64,000 nt of DNA from Acidimicrobiia bacterium (GTDB lineage: Bacteria > Actinomycetota > Acidimicrobiia > Acidimicrobiales > Aldehydirespiratoraceae), in NCBI GenBank assembly GCA_022820805.1, contig JAJEEV010000037.1:71923-135922 (forward strand). Reading direction: 5' to 3'. Shown here piece by piece: positions 1 through 9,174 of the stretch. Under the pieces are notes generated by a model. It was given only the letters and a program-made list of their open reading frames with translations. It made no database searches and was not told where the DNA came from. How positions within the stretch are numbered: the stretch's first letter is position 1; every line of letters begins with the position of its first letter. Both the position numbers and the translations under genes were made by a program.

Positions 1-1834
1 GGTCAAGCAGATACCCGCTCCGGTCGAGTTCCGGATGCAGGACGGGCGCTTGGTGCGGGACGGCGTGCCCCTGGAGGTCAACGCCTACTGCCGCCGGGCC
101 AACGCCAAGGCCGTCGAGTTGGCCGGCTCCGGCGGCGAGGTCGTGGTGTTCACCATGGGCCCGCCCGCGGCCGCCGATGCCCTGCGCGAGATGATCGCCT
201 GCGGCGCCCACCGGGGGGTGCACCTGTGCGACCCCGCGCTCGCCGGCGCCGACACCCTCGCCACCGCGGTGGCGCTGGCGGCCGCCGTCCGGCGCGAGGG
301 ACCGTTCGACCTGGTGCTGGCCGGACTCAACTCGCTCGACTCCGACACCGGCCAGGTGCCCGTCGAGGTCGCCGAGCTGCTGGACCTGCCCTTCGCGGCC
401 GGGGTCCGCGAGCTCGATGTGGACGGAAGTGCCTTCACCGCCCGGTTGGAGACCGACGACGGCTACTGCACCGTCACCGGCGAGCTGCCGGTGGCGCTGT
501 CCACCGCGGAGCGGCTCTGCGCGCCCTCCAAGGCACCGCCCGAGGAGTACGCCGCGGTGGCCGACGCTCGCATCACGCGGCTGACCGCAGCCGACCTCGA
601 CGTAGCCCCCGGGCAGCTCGGCGCTCCGGGCTCGCCCACTTCGGTCGGCCCGATCCGGGTGCTGACGGCCAGCCGGAGGGCCTTGCGGGCCGCCTCGGTC
701 GCCCATGCGGTGGACCTGCTCGAGGAGTTCGGCGCCTTCTCGGACCCTGAAGAGTCCGACGACGCCGCTGAGGACGACGCCTCGCGGGCCAGCGCGGCCC
801 TGCTGAGCACCGGCAGCGACGGCGAGCACCTCGCGGGCGAGCGGTCGGTGTGGTGCTTCTTCACCGAGCCGGGGGTTGGCGCCGAGCTGCTGGGCGAGGC
901 GGCCGAGCTGGCTGCCTGGATCTCCGGGACGGTGACCGCGGTCACCACCGACGCCAACGCCGACACCGCGGGGCTGGGCGCGGCCGGCGCCGACCGGCTG
1001 CTGGTGATCGAGTCGGCATCGGAGCCCTCCGAGCAGGCCGACGCCCTGGCCGCGGCCGCGTCCCGCAGCCTGCCCTGGGCGCTGCTGGTGGAGGGAACCC
1101 GCTCCGGCCGGGTGGTGGCCTCCATCGTGGCGGCTCGCTGCGGCTGGGGGCTCACCGGCGACGCGGTGGGACTCGAGGTCAGCCCCGACGGTCGTCTGGT
1201 GGCCTGGAAGCCTGCGTTCGGCGGCCGTCTCCAGGTGCCGATCCTGTCGCGCTCGCCGGTGCAGATGGCCACGGTCCGGCCCGGCGTTCTGGCCACGCGC
1301 CCACCCCGGGCCGACGCCGTCGATCCCACCGCCGAGATTCTCCCGGCCCCCGCGCCGTCCCGGATCCGCACGGTGGAGGTCGAGCGCGACGACGACGACA
1401 CCGGCGAGCTGCGCCGGGCCCGCACCGTGGTGGCCGTGGGCGTGGGTGTCGACCCCGACGGCTACCCCGTGATCGACGACTTGCGGGCCGCGCTCGGGAA
1501 CGCCGCGCTGGGCGCCACCCGCAGGGTCACCGACCAGGGCTGGGTGCCCCGCGGCCGCCAGATCGGGGTCACCGGTCATGCGGTGTCGCCCCGGCTGCTG
1601 GTGGCGGTCGGTTCCAGCGGCCGGTTCAACCACACCGTCGGCATCCGCAACGCCGGGGTGCTCATGGCCGTCAACTCCAACCCCGACGCCGAGATCTTCG
1701 ACCAGGTCGACATCGGCCTGGTCGGCGACTGGCAGACGGTCGTGCCCGAGCTGACCGCCGAGCTTCAGGCCCGGGGCGTCGCCGACCGCATGCGCCACGA
1801 GGAGTCGGCCGCCGTCGCCGGAGTCGGCGCCTGA
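1..1834 (+). CDS. Fused electron transfer flavoprotein (EtfB-like half + EtfA-like half in one polypeptide), 5' end cut by window edge
   Basis: Frame open from nt 2 (VKQIPAPVEF). N-half EtfB-like (VVVFTMGPP, DLVLAGLNSLDSDTGQV), acidic linker, C-half EtfA-like with FAD-binding region (GATRRVTDQGWVPRGRQIGVTG, AVGSSGRFNHTVG, AVNSNPDAEIF). Confidence 0.85.
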   Translation, partial: VKQIPAPVEFRMQDGRLVRDGVPLEVNAYCRRANAKAVELAGSGGEVVVFTMGPPAAADALREMIACGAHRGVHLCDPALAGADTLATAVALAAAVRREGPFDLVLAGLNSLDSDTGQVPVEVAELLDLPFAAGVRELDVDGSAFTARLETDDGYCTVTGELPVALSTAERLCAPSKAPPEEYAAVADARITRLTAADLDVAPGQLGAPGSPTSVGPIRVLTASRRALRAASVAHAVDLLEEFGAFSDPEESDDAAEDDASRASAALLSTGSDGEHLAGERSVWCFFTEPGVGAELLGEAAELAAWISGTVTAVTTDANADTAGLGAAGADRLLVIESASEPSEQADALAAAASRSLPWALLVEGTRSGRVVASIVAARCGWGLTGDAVGLEVSPDGRLVAWKPAFGGRLQVPILSRSPVQMATVRPGVLATRPPRADAVDPTAEILPAPAPSRIRTVEVERDDDDTGELRRARTVVAVGVGVDPDGYPVIDDLRAALGNAALGATRRVTDQGWVPRGRQIGVTGHAVSPRLLVAVGSSGRFNHTVGIRNAGVLMAVNSNPDAEIFDQVDIGLVGDWQTVVPELTAELQARGVADRMRHEESAAVAGVGA

Positions 1835-1894
1835 GCAGCTGCACGACCCCGAACGGCACAACGACACCCACCGATCAGATCAGGAGGCACCGGA

Positions 1895-2761
1895 ATGAGA
1901 GTCGGCATCGGGCTGCCGGTCACTACCAAGGGCACCAGCGGCGAGCTGCTGCTGGCCTGGGCCCGCCGGGCCGAGGAGGCCGGGTTCGACGCCCTCACCT
2001 CCATCGACCGGATCGTGTACCCCGGGTTCGAGTCGATGACGGCCATGGCCGCGGCTGCGGCCGTCACCAGCCGCATCGGTCTGCGCACCAACGTGCTGCT
2101 GGCCCCGGCCCGCAGCGCGCCGATGGTCGCCAAGCAGGCCGCGGCCGTCGATCAGATCAGCGGCGGCCGTTTCATGCTGGGCATCGGCGTGGGCCGCCGC
2201 GCCGACGACTACGAGGCCACCGGCCGCGACTTCGGTACCCGGGGCCGCCGCCTCGACGCCGACCTGGAGGCCATGCACGCCGAATGGCGGGGCCGCCCCG
2301 CCGGCGACCGATCCCGGCCGTCGACCCTGCCGCCGGTGCGCGACGGCGCGGTGCCGGTCTTCTTCGGCGGCAGCCTGGATGCGGCCATCGGACGCATCGT
2401 GCGCTGGGGCGTCGGGTGGAGCGTCTCATCGAGGGGCCCCGGCGAGACTCACGACAGCGCCGAGCGGGTGCGGGCCGCGTGGAGGGAGGCGGGCCGCGAG
2501 GGCTCGCCCACCATCATGGTGATGCACTACTTCGCCCTCGGTGAGGACTCCAACGTCGACTACCTGCTGGACTACTACGGCTACCAGGGCGACCGGGCCC
2601 GCATGTTCGCCGACGGCGCCTACCGCCGCGCCGCCGACGTGACCGCGGCGGTGCGGGACTTCGCGGCCGTCGGCGTGGACGAGTACGTCTTCATCCCGAC
2701 CATGGCCGACCTCTCCCAGGTGGAGCTGCTGGCCGACGCCGTAGCTGCGGCCGATGTCTGA
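1895..2761 (+). CDS. Luciferase-like (LLM class) F420-dependent oxidoreductase
   Basis: AGGAGG 7 nt before ATG; LLM-type motifs (AEEAGFDALTSIDR, QISGGRFMLGIGVGRR). Confidence 0.8.
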   Translation: MRVGIGLPVTTKGTSGELLLAWARRAEEAGFDALTSIDRIVYPGFESMTAMAAAAAVTSRIGLRTNVLLAPARSAPMVAKQAAAVDQISGGRFMLGIGVGRRADDYEATGRDFGTRGRRLDADLEAMHAEWRGRPAGDRSRPSTLPPVRDGAVPVFFGGSLDAAIGRIVRWGVGWSVSSRGPGETHDSAERVRAAWREAGREGSPTIMVMHYFALGEDSNVDYLLDYYGYQGDRARMFADGAYRRAADVTAAVRDFAAVGVDEYVFIPTMADLSQVELLADAVAAADV

Positions 2762-4193
2762 CTCCCAGGCTCCCGGCGCAGCGGGCCCGCCCCCGGGCGG
2801 GCGAGCCGACCTGATCATCGAGGGCGCCTATGTCGTGACCCTCGATCCCCGCCGCCCGGTGATCGACAACGGATCGGTGGCGGTGGTGGGCACCAAGATC
2901 GCCGCCGCGGGCCCCGCAGGCGAGATCAGGGCGTCGTTCCCGGAGGCAGCCGAGCGGATCGACGCCTCGGGGTGCCTGGTGATGCCCGGGCTGATCGACA
3001 CCCACACCCACCTGTTCCAGGTCCTGGGCCGGGGGCTGGGCGACGGGCTGGAGCTGATGGCCTGGCTGGCTGACTTCATGCTCCCGATGGCGGTGCACAT
3101 GACCACCGACGACGTCGTGGCCGCGGTGAGGTTGAGCTCCCTTATGTCGGTCCTGGCGGGGACCACCGCGGTCGTCGACAACCACTACGCCCCCACCGAC
3201 ACGGCCACCACGCTGGCCGTGGCCGAGTCGGTGGAGAGCGTCGGGCTGAGGGGCGCCATCGCCCGCGGGGTGTTCGGCAGCCGCGTCGAGGGCAGCGACC
3301 GCATGGGCGTGCCCGACGAGCTGCACGCCTTTACCGCCGCCGAGGAACTGCAGATTCTCGACGAGTGCCTCGAGCAGCGCCCTCCCGGCTCCCGCGTCGA
3401 GGTCTGGCCCATGCCCGAGAACGTCGTCTACGTCGACCTGGACCTGATCGCGGCGTGCGCCGACCTGGCCGAGCGGCGCGACCTGCGCTGGCAGGCGCAC
3501 TGCAGCGAGGCCCAGGAGGAGGTCGTGATCTTCGGCGAGGTGCACGGCGAGCGGCCGGTCGAGTGGCTCAGCCGGGCCGGTCTGCTCGGGCCGCGGGCCA
3601 CCCTGGCCCACGCCATCTGGCTCGACGACGACGAGGTGGCCGCCATGGGCGCCTCCCGGGCGTGCGCGTTGCACCAGCCGGTGTGCAACCAGGTGATCTC
3701 ATCGGGGGTGATGCGGCTGCGCGAGCTCGTCGACGCGGGCGCCACCGTGGGGTTGGGCACCGACGGCCTGGCCGTCAGCGGTCAGAGCATGTTCGAGGCC
3801 ATGAAGTCGGCCTATGGCCTTCATCGACTGGCCCGCATGGATCCCACATGGCCTCCCGTAGAGCAGCTGCTCGAGCTGGTGTGCCGGCACGGGGCCCGGG
3901 TGCTGGGCAGGCCCGCGGGGGTCGTCTCCGAGGGTGCGCTGGCCGATCTGGTGGTGATCGACCTCCAATCGCCGAGGTTCCAGCCGGCGCACCGGCCGGT
4001 GGCCATGCTCGCCCTCGTGGGCCACGGCTCCGACGTGCGCGACGTGGTCGTGGACGGCGCTGTGGTTGTGCGCCGGGGCCGGCCCACCCTCGTCGATCAG
4101 GACGAGGTGATGGCCAAGGCGCGGGAGGCCGCCGAGCGTGTGGCCGGTGCTGCGGGCCTGGAGCCCTTGAGGGCTGCCTGGATCGACCGGTAG
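2754..4193 (+). CDS. Amidohydrolase, TRZ/ATZ-MtaD-SsnA-like deaminase family
   Basis: ATG overlaps upstream stop by 8 nt; HxH metal motif in PGLIDTHTHLFQ, later WQAHCSEA and GLGTDG motifs typical of this branch. Confidence 0.8.
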   Translation: MSDSQAPGAAGPPPGGRADLIIEGAYVVTLDPRRPVIDNGSVAVVGTKIAAAGPAGEIRASFPEAAERIDASGCLVMPGLIDTHTHLFQVLGRGLGDGLELMAWLADFMLPMAVHMTTDDVVAAVRLSSLMSVLAGTTAVVDNHYAPTDTATTLAVAESVESVGLRGAIARGVFGSRVEGSDRMGVPDELHAFTAAEELQILDECLEQRPPGSRVEVWPMPENVVYVDLDLIAACADLAERRDLRWQAHCSEAQEEVVIFGEVHGERPVEWLSRAGLLGPRATLAHAIWLDDDEVAAMGASRACALHQPVCNQVISSGVMRLRELVDAGATVGLGTDGLAVSGQSMFEAMKSAYGLHRLARMDPTWPPVEQLLELVCRHGARVLGRPAGVVSEGALADLVVIDLQSPRFQPAHRPVAMLALVGHGSDVRDVVVDGAVVVRRGRPTLVDQDEVMAKAREAAERVAGAAGLEPLRAAWIDR

Positions 4194-4229
4194 CCGACCC
4201 GGCGTCCCGCGGTCGTATCGGCGGCGAAA

Positions 4230-4853
4230 ATGCGGTTGAATAGGGGCATGAGGCTCCCGGTGTGGGCACGTGTCGCACCGCTGGTGCTGGCGGCGGCCGT
4301 GATGGTCGCGGGTTGCGGCCGGTCGGGTTACCAGTACGTCGAGAACACCGACGACACCGTCTTCATCAAGATCCCCGACGACTGGAGCGTCGTGTCCGAG
4401 GGGACCGTCAACTTCGTCCTCACCCCCGACGACGACATACAGCCGATACCCGGCGAGTTCGTCCTGCCCTGGAGGGCCGAGTTCGACGCCGCCCCGGGCG
4501 GCCTGCAGAGCTCGTCCGAATACGTTCGAGGATCGGTGGAGATCCAGCCCGTCGATCGGCGCATCCAGGAGAAGCTGCCGCTCACGTTCTTCTTCCCGGA
4601 GGTCTCCGGCGAGCAGGAGGGAGTGGAGCAGGTGCTTCACCACCTCGTCACCATCGGCGACGTCTCAGGCCACCGCTTCATCTGGACGGAGGCCACCGCG
4701 GACGGCCAGGTGCTGATGGGCGACCGGCTGGTCCTGACCGACAGCATCAACAGCGTGGTGTACAGCGTCGACGTCCAGTGCAGCGTCGGCTGCTACCAGG
4801 CCAACGCCGCCTCGATCGAGGAGATCATGAGCACCTTCACGGTGGAGGGCTGA
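4230..4853 (+). CDS. Putative lipoprotein, function unknown
   Basis: Signal peptide with lipobox (LVLAAAVMVAGC-GRS); alternative ATG at 4248; stop is 4 nt before the FtsH-like gene. Confidence 0.6.
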   Translation: MRLNRGMRLPVWARVAPLVLAAAVMVAGCGRSGYQYVENTDDTVFIKIPDDWSVVSEGTVNFVLTPDDDIQPIPGEFVLPWRAEFDAAPGGLQSSSEYVRGSVEIQPVDRRIQEKLPLTFFFPEVSGEQEGVEQVLHHLVTIGDVSGHRFIWTEATADGQVLMGDRLVLTDSINSVVYSVDVQCSVGCYQANAASIEEIMSTFTVEG

Positions 4854-4857
4854 GACG

Positions 4858-7350
4858 GTGCGGTTGTGGCCTAGACGTTCCCGGTCCTCGGCCCGGCCGG
4901 CCGAGCACGAGATGACTCTCGGCTCGACCACGTCGCGTCCCCGCGACGCCGACCGCAGGACCCGCCGGAAGCTCGATCCGTGGGACCGCTCCAAGTACCT
5001 GATCCTGGGGTCGATCCTGTTCGCCTTCTTCTGGTGGCAGAAGCTGAACGGCAACCCCATCAAGTCGGTGGCCGACGGGTTCTGGGAGACCATCGAGAAG
5101 CAGTCCTGGGTGTGGGTGCTGCTGGGACTGGAGGTTCTGCGCCAGCTGCACTTCGTGGTGGCCGAGCACTGGTCGGGCTACTACCGGTTCTGGAAGTTCA
5201 AGGTCTTCGCCCGGGTCGAGAACCGCCAGTCCCGCATGGACCCGTGGATCCGGTTCCGGATCGGCCGGGTTCTGCGGATCCTGTTCTGGGTGCTGCTGTT
5301 CGGGGTGATCGTCGGCCAGTTCACCGACCAGAACCCCGTGGCCGCCCTCATCGGCCTGCCCGGCCTGCTCCACAGCTGGCTGCCGTGGGCGGGCCGGCTG
5401 ATCATCTACCCGCTGCTGTTGATCAGCCAGTTCGTGCTGCTGTTCTGGTTCCTGTCCCGGGGCGGGGTGGAGACCTACTTCCCCGACGACATCGACACCC
5501 GCTTCGAGGACGTGTGGGGCCAGGACCCGGTGAAGGAGCGGGTACGGGAGAACCTGATCTTCCTGGAGAACCCCGAGGCCATCGAGGAGGTCGGGGGTTA
5601 CGCCCCCGGCGGGATCCTGCTGTACGGCCCGCCCGGCACCGGCAAGACGCTGCTGGCCGAGGCCGCCGCGGGCGAGACCGGCAAGCCGTTCGTGTTCGTG
5701 GAGCCCGGCGCGTTCATGAACATGTTCTTCGGGGTGGGCATCCTCAAGGTGAAGGGGCTGTTCCGCAAGCTGCGCAAGCTGGCGTTGCGCTACGGGGGCG
5801 TGGTGGCCTTCTTCGACGAGGCCGACGCGCTCGGCAACCGGGGCGCCGCGGTGGGCGGCGACGGCGGGTTCGGCTCGGAGCGGTTCGCAGCGTTCCTGCG
5901 CGACGCCACCGAGGCCGGTTCGTCGTACCCGTACCTGTCTCCGGGAGCGCAGCGGGCCCTTCAGGAGGTCGCGCTGGGCGGCTACGACCGGGCCGGCTCG
6001 ATGGGCGCCTACGGCGGCGACGGGTGGGGCGGCCCGCGGCGCGAGTCGATCATGATGATGGGCGGAGGCGGCGGCATGGGCACCCTGCAGGCGCTGCTGG
6101 CCGAGCTGTCGGGCCTCAAGAAGCCCCGTGGCTTCTTCAACCGGATCATTCGCAAGATGCTGGGCATGCGGCCCAAGCCGCCCCCGAAGTACCGCATCCT
6201 GGTGATGATGGCCTCCAACCTGCCCGAGGCCCTGGATCCGGCCATGCTGCGGCCGGGCCGCATCGACCGGATCTACAAGGTGGGCTATCCCACCCAGGAG
6301 GGCCGCAAGCGCACCTACGAGGGCTACCTCGAGAAGGTCGAGCACGTCCTCACCGACGACGACATCGAGAAGCTGGCCACCATCACCCCCTACGCGACGG
6401 GGGCCACCATCAAGGACATGGTCAACGAGGCTCTCATCACCTCCATCCGCGACGGCCGGCGGGTCATCACCTGGGCCGACATGATCAAGGCCAAGCAGCT
6501 CAAGGAGCACGGCCTGGCCGACGACTTCGACTACGTGGAGCACGAGCGCCACGCTCTCGCCATCCACGAGGCCTGCCATGCGGTCGCCCTGCACCGGGTG
6601 AGCCGCCACCGGATGATCGACCTGGCCACCATCGAGCGCCGGGGCAATGTCGGCGGTTTCGTGTCGCACATCCCGCCGGAGGACCGGTTCACCCATTGGC
6701 GTTCGGAGTACGAGGCCGATCTGGAGGTCTCGCTGGCGTCGCTAGCCGGGGAGCGCATGTTCTTCGGCGACGACAACTCCTCGGGCGTGGGCGGCGACCT
6801 GCGCAACGCCACCCAGCTGGCCACGATGATGGCCGGCTACTGGGGGATGGGCGACACGTTCGCCAGCCACGCGGTGCAGCGCCAGTTCGGCATCGGCGGC
6901 GGCCAGCGCAAGGGCGACGAGGACGACCCTGAGCGCGAGCTGCTGCGTTCCGGGCTCGGCGACCAGATCGAGCAGCGTCTGGCCGACCGCTACGACGCGG
7001 CCAGGGCCTTGCTGGAGGCCAACCGCGTCGAGGTCCTGGCCGTGGCCCACGCGCTGGAGACCCACAAGACCATCACCGGCGAGGACGTGAGCGCCATCGT
7101 CGAGCGCAAGGTCGGCCCCTTCCTGGACGGCCGGGGCTACTACACCCCCGACGCGGTCAGGGCTCTGGAGGAGTACCACGCCGCGGTGCTGGAGCTGCGC
7201 CGCACCGGCGGGATGGAGCTCCCGCCGCTGCCCAGGATCGCGGGCATCACCGGCCGCCTCGTCGAGGCCGTCGCCGTCCCCGTAGGAGCCGGCGCAGCAG
7301 CCGGCGCCGACTCCTCCACCACCAACGGCTCCCCCGACCAACCCGACTGA
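4858..7350 (+). CDS. Atypical FtsH-like membrane AAA+ zinc metalloprotease
   Basis: GGAGGG upstream of GTG; about four N-terminal hydrophobic segments; Walker A GPPGTGKT, Walker B FFDEAD, LRPGRIDR, protease HEACH (HExxH) and GVGGDLRNAT; long Gly/Met-rich insertions inside the AAA module. Confidence 0.85.
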   Translation: MRLWPRRSRSSARPAEHEMTLGSTTSRPRDADRRTRRKLDPWDRSKYLILGSILFAFFWWQKLNGNPIKSVADGFWETIEKQSWVWVLLGLEVLRQLHFVVAEHWSGYYRFWKFKVFARVENRQSRMDPWIRFRIGRVLRILFWVLLFGVIVGQFTDQNPVAALIGLPGLLHSWLPWAGRLIIYPLLLISQFVLLFWFLSRGGVETYFPDDIDTRFEDVWGQDPVKERVRENLIFLENPEAIEEVGGYAPGGILLYGPPGTGKTLLAEAAAGETGKPFVFVEPGAFMNMFFGVGILKVKGLFRKLRKLALRYGGVVAFFDEADALGNRGAAVGGDGGFGSERFAAFLRDATEAGSSYPYLSPGAQRALQEVALGGYDRAGSMGAYGGDGWGGPRRESIMMMGGGGGMGTLQALLAELSGLKKPRGFFNRIIRKMLGMRPKPPPKYRILVMMASNLPEALDPAMLRPGRIDRIYKVGYPTQEGRKRTYEGYLEKVEHVLTDDDIEKLATITPYATGATIKDMVNEALITSIRDGRRVITWADMIKAKQLKEHGLADDFDYVEHERHALAIHEACHAVALHRVSRHRMIDLATIERRGNVGGFVSHIPPEDRFTHWRSEYEADLEVSLASLAGERMFFGDDNSSGVGGDLRNATQLATMMAGYWGMGDTFASHAVQRQFGIGGGQRKGDEDDPERELLRSGLGDQIEQRLADRYDAARALLEANRVEVLAVAHALETHKTITGEDVSAIVERKVGPFLDGRGYYTPDAVRALEEYHAAVLELRRTGGMELPPLPRIAGITGRLVEAVAVPVGAGAAAGADSSTTNGSPDQPD

Positions 7351-7381
7351 CCCTCCCGGGTCACCGGGAGTAGGTTGGGGG

Positions 7382-7948
7382 TTGGTGCTTTCGTCGGCGG
7401 GTTCGGTCCATGTGGACGCCTCGCCGCGGGAGGTGCTGGAGTTCGTCTGCGATCTGCGGGCCTACATGCTGCTCGACCACAAGATCGTCAACGTCTACGA
7501 GTGCTCGCCGCCCGACGCCGCCGGCGACGGACACATCGTGATGCGGGGATCGATGCGAGGGATCCGCAGCCCCAAACAGCGGATGTCGCTCAGGCTCGAC
7601 CGGTGGAGATCGGTGGTCTTCGAGAGCGACGGACCCTGGTTGACGGATCGGGTCTTCTGGATGCGGGGTGAGGTTGACGCCGACCAGTACGGCGGCGGGT
7701 CGTTCGTCAGGCACAGCTATCGCTTCCGGTTCAAGGGCCCCTCCGGTCCCCTGATCGAGCGCTACCTGCGGGCCTGGTTGCAGCGCGACCTCGGCGACGA
7801 GCTCCAGCGGATCAAGACCCACTTCGACCGCCGGGCCGCTGGATTACCGCCGCTCGAGGTCGCACCCCGCCGGCCCGACCCCAGCGAGGAGCAGCGGACG
7901 CGGGCCAGGATCGGCCGCTGGAAGGACTACCGCCCGCCCACCGTGTAG
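7382..7948 (+). CDS. SRPBCC (START/Bet v1-like) superfamily protein
   Basis: N-terminus VHVDASPREVLEFVCDLRAYMLLD typical of SRPBCC/polyketide-cyclase-like proteins; high GC3; TTG/GTG start. Confidence 0.55.
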   Translation: MVLSSAGSVHVDASPREVLEFVCDLRAYMLLDHKIVNVYECSPPDAAGDGHIVMRGSMRGIRSPKQRMSLRLDRWRSVVFESDGPWLTDRVFWMRGEVDADQYGGGSFVRHSYRFRFKGPSGPLIERYLRAWLQRDLGDELQRIKTHFDRRAAGLPPLEVAPRRPDPSEEQRTRARIGRWKDYRPPTV

Positions 7949-7980
7949 CGCAGGCAATCACCCAGGCGGGCGGCGCGCCC

Positions 7981-9174
7981 TCAGGGGTTCGCGCCGATAC
8001 GGATGAGGCGGCGCCTGCTGGCGTCGATGGCGATGGCGGCCAGCAGGGCGCAGCCCGCCATGGCCAGAAACCCCGCCGCGTAGGAGACCTGGTCCACCAG
8101 CAGGCCGACCGCGAAGGGGCCGGCAACCCCGCCGACGTTGAGTCCGCCGAAGGTCATGCCGGAGGCCGCGCCGGGGGAGTCCCGGTAGGCCCGGATCACG
8201 GAGTGCAGCATCAGGCCGCTCCAGCCCCATCCGACCCCGAGTGCGAAGATCGCGCCCACCGGCACCAGCACCGTCGCGCCGGTGGCCGCGGCCACGTATC
8301 CTGCGGTGCTGGTGCCGAGCAGCACCGAGACGACCCGCAGATGGCCGGATTCGAAACGGTCCGCCAGGTATCCCGCCGCGATCCTCGAAGCGACCGGCGC
8401 ACCGCTTGCCACTGCGAGCAGGTTCCCGGCCAGGCCCTCGGCCAGACCGGCCTCGATCGCGGCGGACACGAAGAACGCGGCCATGGCTGTCGTCGCCGCG
8501 GAGCCGAGCCCCGCCGCCAGCCCGATCAGGTTCAACGGCCCGTAGTCGATCTCGCTGAGGCCCCGGGCCGCGCCCGCGGTCTTGACATTGGGAGCGGGCC
8601 GGGTCTCGTATGCCGGTGCCAGCACGAATCCTGCAAGCGGCATGGCGATTGCGATCCCGAAGGCCCAACGCCATCCGAGTGTGAGCCCGATCGTGGGAAC
8701 GGCCAGGCCGGCCAGCAGCACCGACAACGGCGCCGCAGCCGCCAGCACCCCGAACCCGGCGCCGTGACGGCGGACTGGGACGCCCTGGGCCACCATGGTG
8801 GAACACCCGGGGCCGGTGATGGCCAACCCGATCGCGCCGACCGCCAACGCCGCCAGCAGACCCCAGTACGAGTGCACGACGGTGGCAACGGCCAGCAGTG
8901 CCGCGCCGGAGAGGATGTTCGCGGCTCGCAGCGACCGCTGGGGACCGAGGCGGTCGGCCAGAGTTCCGGCGTGTGGCGACGCCACCGCGGCCAGCAGGAA
9001 CATGAAGGCGACCGCTGAGCCCAGGCCGGCCGCGCCGAAGCCCAGATTCTCGCCCATCAGCGGCGCCAGCGCGCCCACAGCGAACGCGGGAAACAGCGCG
9101 GCCGTCTGCGACGATGCCGACGACACGAGTGCGAGGGTCGGTCGGGCGCCGCCGCTGCGGGATGGGCTCGGCAT
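7981..9174 (-). CDS. MFS transporter (downstream paralogue of tandem pair)
   Basis: Multi-helix hydrophobic protein; ATG 9172-9174 shares one nt with TGA (9174-9176) of the upstream paralogue; the 626-aa track ORF is an upstream read-through. Confidence 0.85.
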   Translation of the reverse strand: MPSPSRSGGARPTLALVSSASSQTAALFPAFAVGALAPLMGENLGFGAAGLGSAVAFMFLLAAVASPHAGTLADRLGPQRSLRAANILSGAALLAVATVVHSYWGLLAALAVGAIGLAITGPGCSTMVAQGVPVRRHGAGFGVLAAAAPLSVLLAGLAVPTIGLTLGWRWAFGIAIAMPLAGFVLAPAYETRPAPNVKTAGAARGLSEIDYGPLNLIGLAAGLGSAATTAMAAFFVSAAIEAGLAEGLAGNLLAVASGAPVASRIAAGYLADRFESGHLRVVSVLLGTSTAGYVAAATGATVLVPVGAIFALGVGWGWSGLMLHSVIRAYRDSPGAASGMTFGGLNVGGVAGPFAVGLLVDQVSYAAGFLAMAGCALLAAIAIDASRRRLIRIGANP

